NCBI GenBank assembly: GCA_964554645.1
Contig: CAZKPK010000003.1
Location: 4,256-68,255, forward strand
Direction: 5' to 3'
Source of the DNA: an uncultured Candidatus Saccharibacteria bacterium
GTDB lineage: Bacteria; Patescibacteriota; Minisyncoccia; Phycocordibacterales; UBA9973
Length of the DNA: 64,000 nucleotides
In this document: positions 8,561 through 17,586 of the stretch, one piece after another
Layout of the letters: each line of letters opens with the position of its first letter
Numbering within the stretch: the first letter of the stretch is position 1
Notes under the pieces: model-generated
Databases searched by the model: none
Seen by the model: the letters and a program-made list of their open reading frames with translations, nothing else
Told to the model about the DNA's origin: nothing
Made by a program: the position numbers and the translations under genes

Positions 8561-9235
8561 ATGTCACAAAGAGTAAAAATTAAAGTTCTCACAAAAACAA
8601 AACTTTGGTCTATCGTGCTTTTTTTACCCATTTTACCGGCGCTTATTTTCGGTGGTTGGCTTGCGCTTCATCAAGGTAATATATACATCTCATTTAAAAA
8701 TAGGCCACATGATATGCCGTATGCTGATAGTGCCAGGGACTATCAGGTCTGGGCAAAAATAGTGAATGGACCGTGGTTTGAAAACTTATTATTGGCAAAT
8801 GTGTATGATAATGGCTTAAATTCCTTTGGTTTAGATAAGAAATTTCCCATTTACACCAGATATCTTGACATAGATAATGATGGACAAAAAGAAATTGAAA
8901 TAATTGGAACTTATTATGGACCAGGTACAGTCAAATATTTATTAAAAAAGGAAGATGGAAAATATGAAATTGTGCATCATGTTGACGAGTGGGGCACCGA
9001 TAAAGAGGCTTTTTCTTCCGAGCAAATTAGTTTTTTAGATATGGATAATGATCTTCGACTAGAAGCGGCGACTGATTCCTTCCTTGATTACGAAAACGCT
9101 CCGGACCAGATTTGGACGAGTTACTATCGTTTCGATGGTGATCATTATCAATTTTACAAAAAAGATATAGTAAATTTCTCTGATTTTAAACGTCTCTTTG
9201 TTATGGCGCCGGATTATTATGCAAGTCGTCATTAG
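8561..9235 (+). CDS. hypothetical membrane-anchored protein with DxDxDG (FG-GAP/VCBS-like) motifs
   Basis: N-terminal TM segment; DIDNDGQKEIEI and DMDNDLRLE calcium-binding-like motifs; bracketed by a duplicated copy of the PCD gene 3' end. Confidence 0.45.
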   Translation: MSQRVKIKVLTKTKLWSIVLFLPILPALIFGGWLALHQGNIYISFKNRPHDMPYADSARDYQVWAKIVNGPWFENLLLANVYDNGLNSFGLDKKFPIYTRYLDIDNDGQKEIEIIGTYYGPGTVKYLLKKEDGKYEIVHHVDEWGTDKEAFSSEQISFLDMDNDLRLEAATDSFLDYENAPDQIWTSYYRFDGDHYQFYKKDIVNFSDFKRLFVMAPDYYASRH

Positions 9236-9243
9236 CAGTCCCT

Positions 9244-9290
9244 CCGAAAACGACTTCATCGTCGCCGCCAAAATAGATGCGCATAAATAA
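9244..9290 (+). repeat. diverged duplicate of the 3' end of the PCD gene (8439-8483)
   Basis: 29-bp identical core GAAAACGACTTCATCGTCGCCGCCAAAAT; the rest is about 80% identical. Confidence 0.8.
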
Positions 9291-9337
9291 AAACTTATAA
9301 CTCCACAATAGCAGAAACTTAAGTAAAAACACAAATT

Positions 9338-9367
9338 CCATAATAGCAACGGTCGTTGCTATTATGG
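9338..9367. repeat. family A intergenic palindrome CCATAATAGCAACGG-CCGTTGCTATTATGG type (copy 1)
   Basis: 14-bp perfect arms between convergent genes. Confidence 0.8.
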
Positions 9368-9589
9368 TAACAAGATTAAAAGTAAAAAATACAAAAGGGC
9401 GGGTCGTTTTCTTAAACGAGCACCGCCCAAGTTGTGCGTTTGGCAAGAACGCGATGTTAGGCCTTCTTTCTTTCCCCACAATGGACGCAGTAGAAGCCGG
9501 GGACACATCCCCAGTCACCCCTGGGCCACCTGATGCGATCTTCCTTGGTTTCTTTCCATATGTGTTTTCCCGTTGGGGATTTTTTACAT

Positions 9590-9976
9590 TCAGGCTTTTT
9601 CATTTTTTTCTTTCCCAATCGTTGTCCATTTTTCTGGTTCATGAATCATTGACCAAGCCCATTGGGCAGCTTGGTATGGGAAGGTTGCTATGCCACTCAT
9701 GAGATTAAAGGTGTAATCTCCTTGGCCAGGCTCGTTTGGGTTCATCATAAAAAAGCGCTTGCCTAGTTTTTGAATTTCAACAATACGCTCCTGTTGTGAA
9801 TCCCCCTTAACCATTATAACCACATCAGCATCCTCCGGTTTATCCACTTCTTTAATATCTCTTGAACGCAAGTTACTCACGAGCGTTTTAGATTTTGCGC
9901 GATCCAAAAGATTTTTACCGGAGACAAAAACATTGCCTTGATGTTTTTTCATATTTTGTTTTCGAACAACTATCAT
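9590..9976 (-). CDS. hypothetical protein
   Basis: ORF with protein-like composition; start placed at an internal Met (MIVVRK) because the upstream extension overlaps a terminator hairpin. Confidence 0.3.
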   Translation of the reverse strand: MIVVRKQNMKKHQGNVFVSGKNLLDRAKSKTLVSNLRSRDIKEVDKPEDADVVIMVKGDSQQERIVEIQKLGKRFFMMNPNEPGQGDYTFNLMSGIATFPYQAAQWAWSMIHEPEKWTTIGKEKNEKA

Positions 9977-10046
9977 ACTCTTATGGCGAGTAGCCATGCG
10001 TTTGTAACGGGACAACGGTCGCCTTCGCGTAAAGCTTCGGCAGACC

Positions 10047-10081
10047 AACGCAAAACCCCTTCCTAAAAACTTAGGAAGGGG
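10047..10081 (-). terminator. hairpin CCCCTTCCTAA-loop-TTAGGAAGGGG with a T-run on the minus strand
   Basis: 11-bp stem downstream of the 10113-10517 gene. Confidence 0.55.
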
Positions 10082-10112
10082 CTACATTACTTTCAGTATT
10101 TACCGCCTACGC

Positions 10113-10517
10113 TCAAGGCTTTGGCGTGTCAAAGAAATACAACCCTTTCCTAAGTTTGGAAGGGGTGTGATGGTTAAGACGATTCAAAATTAAACGGTAT
10201 CCGCCGAGAGATCCGCCTAGCCACTTGGCAATGCGGGCAATCGTGGAAGAGGACAGGCCGGTTCTTTCGCTGATGGCATTGTATTGCATATCTTGGGAAA
10301 GGAGGCGAGCGGCCTCCAAACGGTTTCCAAATTCTTTGATTTCGATCGGGGTCAAGAGGTCGCGCAGAAAGCGTTTTGCCTCATTTTCGTTTTTAAGCGC
10401 CAAAATTCCAGCCACCAGCTGCTTATTCTCTCGGGTTAACCAATCCGTGTCAGGCCCTATTTCTTTGATTAATCGGACTGTTTTTACTCTAGTATTATCA
10501 TTCATTCCTTTACTCAT
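10113..10517 (-). CDS. TrpR/YerC-YecD family DNA-binding protein (second paralog)
   Basis: FLRDLLTPIEIKEFGNRLEAARLL...ISERTGLSSSTIARI matches the TrpR-like HTH. Confidence 0.65.
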   Translation of the reverse strand: MSKGMNDNTRVKTVRLIKEIGPDTDWLTRENKQLVAGILALKNENEAKRFLRDLLTPIEIKEFGNRLEAARLLSQDMQYNAISERTGLSSSTIARIAKWLGGSLGGYRLILNRLNHHTPSKLRKGLYFFDTPKP

Positions 10518-10528
10518 ACATCTACTTT

Positions 10529-10562
10529 AGCAAACTAAAGTACTTTAGTCAAGTAAAGTAAA
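10529..10562. promoter_or_regulatory. candidate operator: overlapping palindromes CTTTAGcaaaCTAAAG and TACTTTAGtcaagTAAAGTA in the divergent promoter region
   Basis: Directly upstream of the TrpR-like gene start; TACTTT/AAAGTA half-sites. Confidence 0.4.
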
Positions 10563-10649
10563 CAAGGAGTGTGGATAACTCTATTTTATAAATCAAAAGT
10601 CTGGTATAGTAGAAGGAGTCGAAGATTTTACTGAAAAATACTCAATTAT

Positions 10650-11267
10650 ATGAAATACAACAAGCTCGCAACCAAAGAAGTTACTCAAAAAGTGATTGTT
10701 GCTCTTGCAACGAGAAATATTGAAGCAATTATAGTAGAAACTGGCGCTGAAGCGCTTGCAAAAATGAAGAAACTAATTCCCAAAGGCGCATCAGTTATGA
10801 ACGGAGCTTCGGTGACGCTCGAGCAGATCGGTTTTGTGGATTATCTTCAAGGTGATGATCATGGATGGAATAATTTGCATAAAGCGATAATTGCGGAAAA
10901 AGATCCTGTCAAGCAGTCGTTGCTTCGCAAACAAGCCGTACTTTCCGATTATTATTTAGGCAGTGTGCATGCTCTTGCCGCGACAGGTGAGTTTGTCATT
11001 GCATCGAACACCGGTAGCCAATTGCCACATATAGTTTTTACTTCTTCCAATCTTATTTTTGTAGTCAGCACAAAGAAAATTGTTCCGACTTTACCTGACG
11101 CTATGAAACGTCTGATGGAATATGTCGTGCCACTCGAAGATAAACATATGAAAGAAAAATATGGTGTCGGTACAGCAGTCAATAAAATTGTTACATTCAA
11201 CGGTGAAGGGAAGTTTTTAAAGAGAAAAGTGAGAATGATACTAGTAAACGAGGATCTTGGGTTTTAA
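10650..11267 (+). CDS. LUD-domain protein (LutC/YkgG-like)
   Basis: Overall similarity pattern to the DUF162/LUD family (VIVALATRN..., GASVMNGASVTLEQIG, FVIASNTGS). Confidence 0.5.
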   Translation: MKYNKLATKEVTQKVIVALATRNIEAIIVETGAEALAKMKKLIPKGASVMNGASVTLEQIGFVDYLQGDDHGWNNLHKAIIAEKDPVKQSLLRKQAVLSDYYLGSVHALAATGEFVIASNTGSQLPHIVFTSSNLIFVVSTKKIVPTLPDAMKRLMEYVVPLEDKHMKEKYGVGTAVNKIVTFNGEGKFLKRKVRMILVNEDLGF

Positions 11268-13750
11268 TTTAGAAATTTCCTTATTTCCTCAACATCTCTT
11301 TTAAGCCAAGCGACATTACTTTCGAGACGCTCTAGAACTTGCTCAATGGCGCGCTTGGCTCCCGGAGCTTCGTGGGTAGCGAAGAATTTCTGGAAAGATT
11401 TTAAATGATGCTTTTCCGCGCTGCCGGAGATAACTTTAACCAAGCGCGCAAGCGTATGTCCACCGTCGCCATAACGCGAGATAAGTGTTTTCCAATTCTT
11501 TTGGATAAAATTAAGCCAAATATCTCTACCTAAAGGATTTCCGGCGACTGACGAGATGATACTGATGGTGTCCTGCACTCGCACCTCTTTACTAAATGCA
11601 AATTCACAGACTTGTTTTAATATTTTTTTATCACGAAAATCTCCCAAAGCTACTCCAACTCTATTTTTTTCTTCGTGGAGAGTTTCTTTTTTATATTGTT
11701 TGATAAATATATCGTATTCTTTCTTTCCGCCCCATTTCGCAATGATGGAATATATAGCTCCGCGAAGATCCGGATTAATGTGTTTGTCTTTTTGCGTTTT
11801 TGAGAATTTTTCTCTTGCTTTGGCTATTATTTTTTTATCGCCCGAACGTCCAGCGCGGGAGATGGCGAGCGAGCGGAGGAGAGTATCGGTATGCAGCTCA
11901 TTTTTTTTCTTCTGCCAGCCGAGTTTTTTAGCAAGAGGGGAGAAGAGTTCAAGAATCAGTCCATCTAATTTTGGTTTTATTTTTTCTTTTGCCAACAACT
12001 GCTCTAATCTTCCGAGCCCCATTGCGAGCTCCAGCCAAACGCTGTAGTTTTCCTCGTTTTTATACGCAGACAAGAATTCTAGCGCGTCTGTGGTCGGGAT
12101 GGTGCCGGCTTCAGAAAGAGCAAAGAGGTCCCGGATGATGCCGAGCCTGTCGCGAGCGGAAATTATTTTTTTCTCCACTGGCATTTTTAATTTTTCTAAA
12201 AGTTCTCTGGAATACGCCGTCCTGTAAAATCCAGCTTCGCCTATATTTACTTTAATATATTTATCATTAATTAAAGAGATAGGCACTTGCCAGATAGTTT
12301 TATCTTTAGCCTTGGCTTTTGAAATAGGACTCGAGAAAAATCTTTCTTGCGATAAGGATAAATCTTTGTTTATAAGGTTGGCTTTTACGACGGGGTAGCC
12401 GGGTTTTGAAGTCCAATTATGCATTATTTTAGCAATCGGTTTTTTAGAAATTTTCTCAAATGCTTGCCAAAGATGGATAGTCTCGGTATTTTTATAGCTG
12501 TGCTTTTTTAAATAATATCGCAGTCCGTCTCTAAAATCCTTCTCGCCTAAGTAATCAGCCAACATGCGAATAATCGATGCGCCTTTTGAATATGATACTT
12601 CGTCGAATATTTCGCCGATTTCATCAGGATGATGCACGGGTATTTCAATAGGATGAGTATGAAAGAGGGCATCCAGTCGCAGCGCGACGCTCAAATCATT
12701 TGTTGAAAATTGCGTCCAAATATCCCATTTAGGAAAAAGTTTATCTACCGCCAGATATTCTATATAGGAAGCAAAACCCTCATTTAACCATAAATGCGTC
12801 CACCATTCCATCGTTACTAAATTACCAAACCATTGATGCGCTATCTCGTGCGCGATAACCAGTGCGACCCATTGTTTATTTGAAAGTGAGGAGTGATTTT
12901 CATCAACTAAAAGCGCGCTCTCGCGATAGGTAATTGCGCCCCAATTTTCCATCGCCCCGGAAGCAAAGTCCGGAATAGCGATCATATCCAGCACCGGCAG
13001 AGGATAAGCAATATCAAAATATTTTTCGTAAAATTCTAGAATTTTCACTGCGCAATTTAGTGCAAACTTTGCCTGGTGTTTTTTTCCGGGAGTGGTGAAG
13101 ATCCGCACCAGCACGTTATTTTTTGTTTTTGATTCCAAATATTCAAAATCGCCGACAATAAATGCGAGGAGATAAGTCGACATTTTTGGCGTGGGCGAGA
13201 ATTTTACGATTTGATATCCTGTTTCGTGTTCAGCTATGGAAATCGGCAAGGTGTTTGAAATGGCGGTTTTACCTTTTGGCACAATGAGCGAAACATTGAA
13301 TACGGCTTTTTGCGCCGGCTCGTCGAAACAAGGGAAGGCCCGCCGCGCGTCTGTGGCTTCGAATTGGGTCGTTGCCAGATGATATTCTTTTCTCTCGACA
13401 GTATATTTGCTTCTATAAAATCCCCGCATCTTGTCATTAAGTGTTCCCTTGAAAGCAATAGTTAATTTAGTTTCTTCCGCGAAAATAAATTTTGAAAATA
13501 AAAGACTGGCTGTTTCTGTTTTCTGATTGTAGGAAATTTTTTCAGCAAATAATTTTTCTTCCTCGAACAATATATGCGCAGTTTTTATTTCAAGCTCTTT
13601 GGAGTGGAGAGTCAGCACTTTCGTTCGCTCTAAAACAGAAAGGGTCAATGTTTCCGTGCCTTCAAAGGTAAAATCTTTCAGATTTGGTTTTATCTGTATA
13701 TTGTATTCTTTCGGAACGACATTTTTAGACAGTCTAATACCTTTTTTCAT
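11264..13750 (-). CDS. pepN: aminopeptidase N (M1 family)
   Basis: GAMENWG exopeptidase motif and HEIAHQWFGNLVTMEWW...E zinc-binding motif. Confidence 0.9.
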   Translation of the reverse strand: MKKGIRLSKNVVPKEYNIQIKPNLKDFTFEGTETLTLSVLERTKVLTLHSKELEIKTAHILFEEEKLFAEKISYNQKTETASLLFSKFIFAEETKLTIAFKGTLNDKMRGFYRSKYTVERKEYHLATTQFEATDARRAFPCFDEPAQKAVFNVSLIVPKGKTAISNTLPISIAEHETGYQIVKFSPTPKMSTYLLAFIVGDFEYLESKTKNNVLVRIFTTPGKKHQAKFALNCAVKILEFYEKYFDIAYPLPVLDMIAIPDFASGAMENWGAITYRESALLVDENHSSLSNKQWVALVIAHEIAHQWFGNLVTMEWWTHLWLNEGFASYIEYLAVDKLFPKWDIWTQFSTNDLSVALRLDALFHTHPIEIPVHHPDEIGEIFDEVSYSKGASIIRMLADYLGEKDFRDGLRYYLKKHSYKNTETIHLWQAFEKISKKPIAKIMHNWTSKPGYPVVKANLINKDLSLSQERFFSSPISKAKAKDKTIWQVPISLINDKYIKVNIGEAGFYRTAYSRELLEKLKMPVEKKIISARDRLGIIRDLFALSEAGTIPTTDALEFLSAYKNEENYSVWLELAMGLGRLEQLLAKEKIKPKLDGLILELFSPLAKKLGWQKKKNELHTDTLLRSLAISRAGRSGDKKIIAKAREKFSKTQKDKHINPDLRGAIYSIIAKWGGKKEYDIFIKQYKKETLHEEKNRVGVALGDFRDKKILKQVCEFAFSKEVRVQDTISIISSVAGNPLGRDIWLNFIQKNWKTLISRYGDGGHTLARLVKVISGSAEKHHLKSFQKFFATHEAPGAKRAIEQVLERLESNVAWLKRDVEEIRKFLN

Positions 13751-13772
13751 AAAGAAATGTTAGCATATAAAG

Positions 13773-14501
13773 GTGGAAAGAGATACTTACCAAATAAAAA
13801 TGTCCGGTTTTGAGGGTCCTTTTGGGCTGCTTTTGGATCTGATAGAAAAACGCAAGTTTTTTATCAATGATGTATCGCTTGCGGCCGTGACCGAAGACTA
13901 TCTAAACTATATGAATAAATTAGGCGGTCTGCATCCTTCGGAAATTGCCAGCTTTATCATTGTGGCGTCAACTCTTATTTTAATTAAATCAAAATCTCTT
14001 CTGCCGAATTTAAATCTTACAATGAAGGAAGAGGGTGATATAAAAAATTTAGAGGAACGCTTGCGTTTGTATGAACTTTTTACAAAACTTGGAATTAATA
14101 TAAAAAATAATTTTGGCAGAAAAATAATTTTTGCGCCACTAGAAAGAAAAAAAGAAATTTTGGTTTTTTTGCCGGATAAGGAGATCACGAAGGAGAATAT
14201 GATGGGTTTTGCAAAGAACATTCTTGGATCAATGCCCAAAAAAGCTTTTTTGCCCGAAGTGGAAGTGCAGAAAGTTATCAGTATCGAAGAAATGATAGAG
14301 AAGTTAACACAAAGAATCCAAAGTTCAATTAAAACAAGTTTTCAAGCTTGGCATGGTAAAATAGTTACTCGGGAAGAAAAAGTAATCGCGATAGTCGGCT
14401 TTTTGGCGTTACTGGAGTTGGTTAGACAAGGAATTCTGGACGCGGTGCAAGAGATTAATCATGGAGATATTATTTTTGAGAAACAAGAATTAATGAAATG
14501 A
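13773..14501 (+). CDS. scpA: segregation and condensation protein A
   Basis: ScpA N-terminal signature FEGPFGLLLDLIEKRKFFINDVSLAAVTEDYL. Confidence 0.8.
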   Translation: MERDTYQIKMSGFEGPFGLLLDLIEKRKFFINDVSLAAVTEDYLNYMNKLGGLHPSEIASFIIVASTLILIKSKSLLPNLNLTMKEEGDIKNLEERLRLYELFTKLGINIKNNFGRKIIFAPLERKKEILVFLPDKEITKENMMGFAKNILGSMPKKAFLPEVEVQKVISIEEMIEKLTQRIQSSIKTSFQAWHGKIVTREEKVIAIVGFLALLELVRQGILDAVQEINHGDIIFEKQELMK

Positions 14502-15070
14502 ATTTAGAATCAAAAATAGAAGCGATATTATTTTGGAAAGGAGAACCGGTTTCCTCAAAACGATTACAGGATATTTTGAAAGTTTCCAAAGAAGAAATTT
14601 TAAATGCTATTTCAAAACTGAAAGAAAATTTGGCAAATAGGGGAGTAGCGCTGGTAGAAAAAGACGGCGAATTTACGTTGGGCACTGCGCCGGAATTGAC
14701 CCAAATTATTGAAAATCTACAGAAAGAAGAATTAAACAAAGAACTTTCCAAGGCGAGTTTAGAAACATTATCTATTGTGCTTTATAAATCTGGAGTGAGC
14801 CGGGCGGAAATAGATTATATCCGGGGAGTGAATTCCAGTTTTACTTTACGCGCGTTGTCTGTCCGCGGACTTATAGAAAGGACAGAAGATCCTAAAGACC
14901 ATAGACGCTTTATATATAAACCCAATTTTGAGCTAATGTCTTATATGGGAATAAAATCTATAGAGGAATTACCGGATTATATGGAAGTGAAAAATTCGAT
15001 GGATATTGTAGCTAAAAATTTGGAAAATTTTTCTGACCAAGAAGCGGGAGAGAGTCAAAATGAAAACTGA
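14498..15070 (+). CDS. scpB: segregation and condensation protein B
   Basis: IEAILFWKGEPVSSKRL... tandem wHTH; overlaps scpA by 4 nt. Confidence 0.8.
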   Translation: MNLESKIEAILFWKGEPVSSKRLQDILKVSKEEILNAISKLKENLANRGVALVEKDGEFTLGTAPELTQIIENLQKEELNKELSKASLETLSIVLYKSGVSRAEIDYIRGVNSSFTLRALSVRGLIERTEDPKDHRRFIYKPNFELMSYMGIKSIEELPDYMEVKNSMDIVAKNLENFSDQEAGESQNEN

Positions 15071-15082
15071 TTGAGATAACAC

Positions 15083-15106
15083 AATAGCAACGGCCGTTCC
15101 TATTAT
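15083..15106. repeat. family A palindrome (copy 2, AATAGCAACGGCCGTTCCTATTAT)
   Basis: Sequence match to the other copies. Confidence 0.7.
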
Positions 15107-15119
15107 ACTATGATGCAAA

Positions 15120-16676
15120 GTGAAACCAAAATACGCTCTGGATTCCGGAATAATTATTTATTGCAACAAATGTTGGTGGAGCGACAAATGGGATGCAAAA
15201 AATTATGGAATGGATTATGATTTTTCCAGACCATTTTTTGTCCAATTCAGAGAACTCATAGGCAAAGTCCCGCATATTTCTGTGGTCAATGACGATGGCA
15301 TCGCGAGCGTAAACTGCGAATATACCCACGACTGGTGGTTTTCTAAGAATTGTTATATGAGTTTTTCCGGCTGGTATGTGGAAAATGTAATGTATAGCTT
15401 CTTTATGTTAGCTGGCCGAGACATGATGGACTGCATGAATATCAGATCAAAAAACGAATGGCTATATGAGTGCATGATTGCCAGAAGTTGCTATCAATTA
15501 AAATATTCTCAATTCTGCTGGGCTTGCATTGATTCACAATTTTTATTTGACTGTAGAAACTGTTCTAACTGCTTTATGTGTGCCGGTCTCAGGGGGAAAA
15601 AATATTATTTTAAAAACAAAGAATATTCAAAAGAAGAATATCAAAAGATTTTAGAAAGTTATCAACTTAACACATTTTCCGGAGTGGAAAAAGCGCAAAA
15701 AGAATATGATGAATTTATTTTGAAATACCCTCGAATGCACTTGCATTCCATTCAGAACGTTAATTGCATTGGTGATGTTGTCTCACTTTCTAAAAATGTG
15801 AAATATTGCTTTGTAGCCAGAGAATGTGAAAATTGTAGGTATTGCGATTTTTTTTCAAATGATAAAGAATGTTATGACCTAGTAATGACTGGCGAGACCT
15901 CAGAAAGTTATGAAGGAGTCGTAGTTGATCAATCTCAACTTAATCTTTTCGGAATTTTTTCCGTTAAAAGCCAAGATATAAAATATATGCAACATTGCCA
16001 TAATTGTAAGCATTGTTTTGGTTGTGTCGGGCTTCGCGATTCAAATTACTGCATTTTTAATAAGCAATATACTAAAGAAGAATATGAAAAATTGGCACCG
16101 AAAATTATAGAGCAGATGAATAACATGCCTTTTATAGACAAAATTGGAAATAAATATAAATATGGAGAATTTTATCCGATAGAACTTTAACCTTTTGGCT
16201 ACAATGAAACTTTAGCCATGGAAGATATAGTTTTATCAAAAGAAGGGGCTCTTAAAAGGGGATTCAACTGGCAGAACAATGTCCAACAAACTACTGGCAA
16301 AGAAACACTGAAAGCAGAAAATATTCCTGACAGCATAAATGAGATAGGGGATTCAATATTAAATGAAGTGTTTGCCTGCGTTGATTGTAAAAGAAATTAT
16401 AAAATTATTCCGAATGAACTTATTTTTTACAGAAAAATGAAAATTCCTATCCCACGGAGATGTTTCTATTGTCGGCATGCGAATAGATTAAAGAAAAGAA
16501 ATCCCTTTAAACTTTGGCATAGGACTTGTATGTGTGGTTCGACGGGTTCACCACAGGCGACAACGGATCATTCCCATGGAGAAAATAGATGCGAAGTGGA
16601 ATTTGAAACTTCCTATGCTCCAGACCGTCCGGAAATAGTGTATTGTGAAAAATGTTATCAGCAAGAAATATATTAG
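15120..16676 (+). pseudogene. degraded paralog of the 48403-50139 Cys-rich repeat protein: N-terminal zinc ribbon missing, single in-frame TAA at 16188-16190
   Basis: ORFs 15120-16190 and 16218-16676 are in the same frame and align end to end with the 578-aa protein (CRNCSNCFMCAGLRGKKYYFKNKEYSKEEY; C-terminal FKTSYAPDRPEIVYCEKCYQQEIY). They are separated only by a TAA. A family A repeat sits where the N-terminal 70 codons would be. Confidence 0.55.
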
Positions 16677-16719
16677 TTACCCATTTAGCAATAAGAAGCG
16701 GTCGCGTACTAATGCTGAG

Positions 16720-17532
16720 CTAAAGACAACTTGGATTAATACTAAGCACGTAGTCATTAATTAAGTCAAAAGAGAAAACATATTCATCTCCCAAGAAACC
16801 TTTGATATCTTCATTTTTGATTAAATTTTTATATTCCTGCATAAAAGTTTGCGAGAGGGGAAGATAAGACCAGTGCCATTTTTCTTCATTGTAGCCAGTT
16901 GGCCTAGCGCTGCCTTTCAGATCATATGTTTGGCAAAATCCAAATTGATAAGCATTTTTTGTAAGCCATTCATATTCTTTTTTTCCTTTCTGCGAATTAA
17001 AATACTGGGGGTTTGCATCATTTATATCTATATCCGTACCCCAGTGATGGCGCGACATGCCGGGAACAGCGCTGTATTCCAATATTTTTTCAAATCTTTC
17101 TTGCCCAGCAGGTGTGCTTTTTGACAAATCTTTCCCATCAATAATAGTAACTCCAGTCCATTTTTTTTCCCAGAGATCTTTCTGATAATCAAAATTTCTG
17201 GTGGCGGAGGCTATTCTCAGATTAATAGAATCCTTATTGGCGGCATTGCGCATTTGTAAGTATGCTCCATACGTTTCTTTTCTTAAATAAATTTTATTTG
17301 GAACAAGCGTATATTCAGGCGAGACTAAAATAAAATTTTCTCTTTGCGCCGGATCAAACTGGCCGGTCAAATAAATTTTTCGCTCCGCCTTTCTTTCATT
17401 TTCTTTTCTTATCATTTCTTCTTCTTTTTGCCTCAAATCCAGAAAGTCTGTCGTGAAGTAAGGCATAAACGTGATAAACACCAGCGAAAACACCAAGAGA
17501 GCCAGTGTAAGTTTTGAAATATTTTTTTCCAC
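16720..17532 (-). CDS. D-Ala-D-Ala carboxypeptidase (M15/VanY-like)
   Basis: SRHHWGTDIDI zinc-binding motif; N-terminal TM anchor. Confidence 0.7.
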   Translation of the reverse strand: MEKNISKLTLALLVFSLVFITFMPYFTTDFLDLRQKEEEMIRKENERKAERKIYLTGQFDPAQRENFILVSPEYTLVPNKIYLRKETYGAYLQMRNAANKDSINLRIASATRNFDYQKDLWEKKWTGVTIIDGKDLSKSTPAGQERFEKILEYSAVPGMSRHHWGTDIDINDANPQYFNSQKGKKEYEWLTKNAYQFGFCQTYDLKGSARPTGYNEEKWHWSYLPLSQTFMQEYKNLIKNEDIKGFLGDEYVFSFDLINDYVLSINPSCL

Positions 17533-17586
17533 CCAAAAACAATATCATATTAGTGTATTTTTATCAAAAAATGCTATACTCTTCCT

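Noticed and set aside
9364-9702. Overlapping small ORFs (112 aa on the plus strand, 61 aa Cys/Lys-rich on the minus strand) at the end of the 9590 gene
   Set aside because: They overlap each other and the 3' end of a better ORF, and have biased composition. They cannot be supported from sequence alone.
16188-16190. In-frame TAA inside the Cys-rich paralog as possible stop-codon reassignment
   Set aside because: TAA, TAG and TGA terminate all well-supported genes in the window normally. A single occurrence is better explained by a nonsense mutation or sequencing error.
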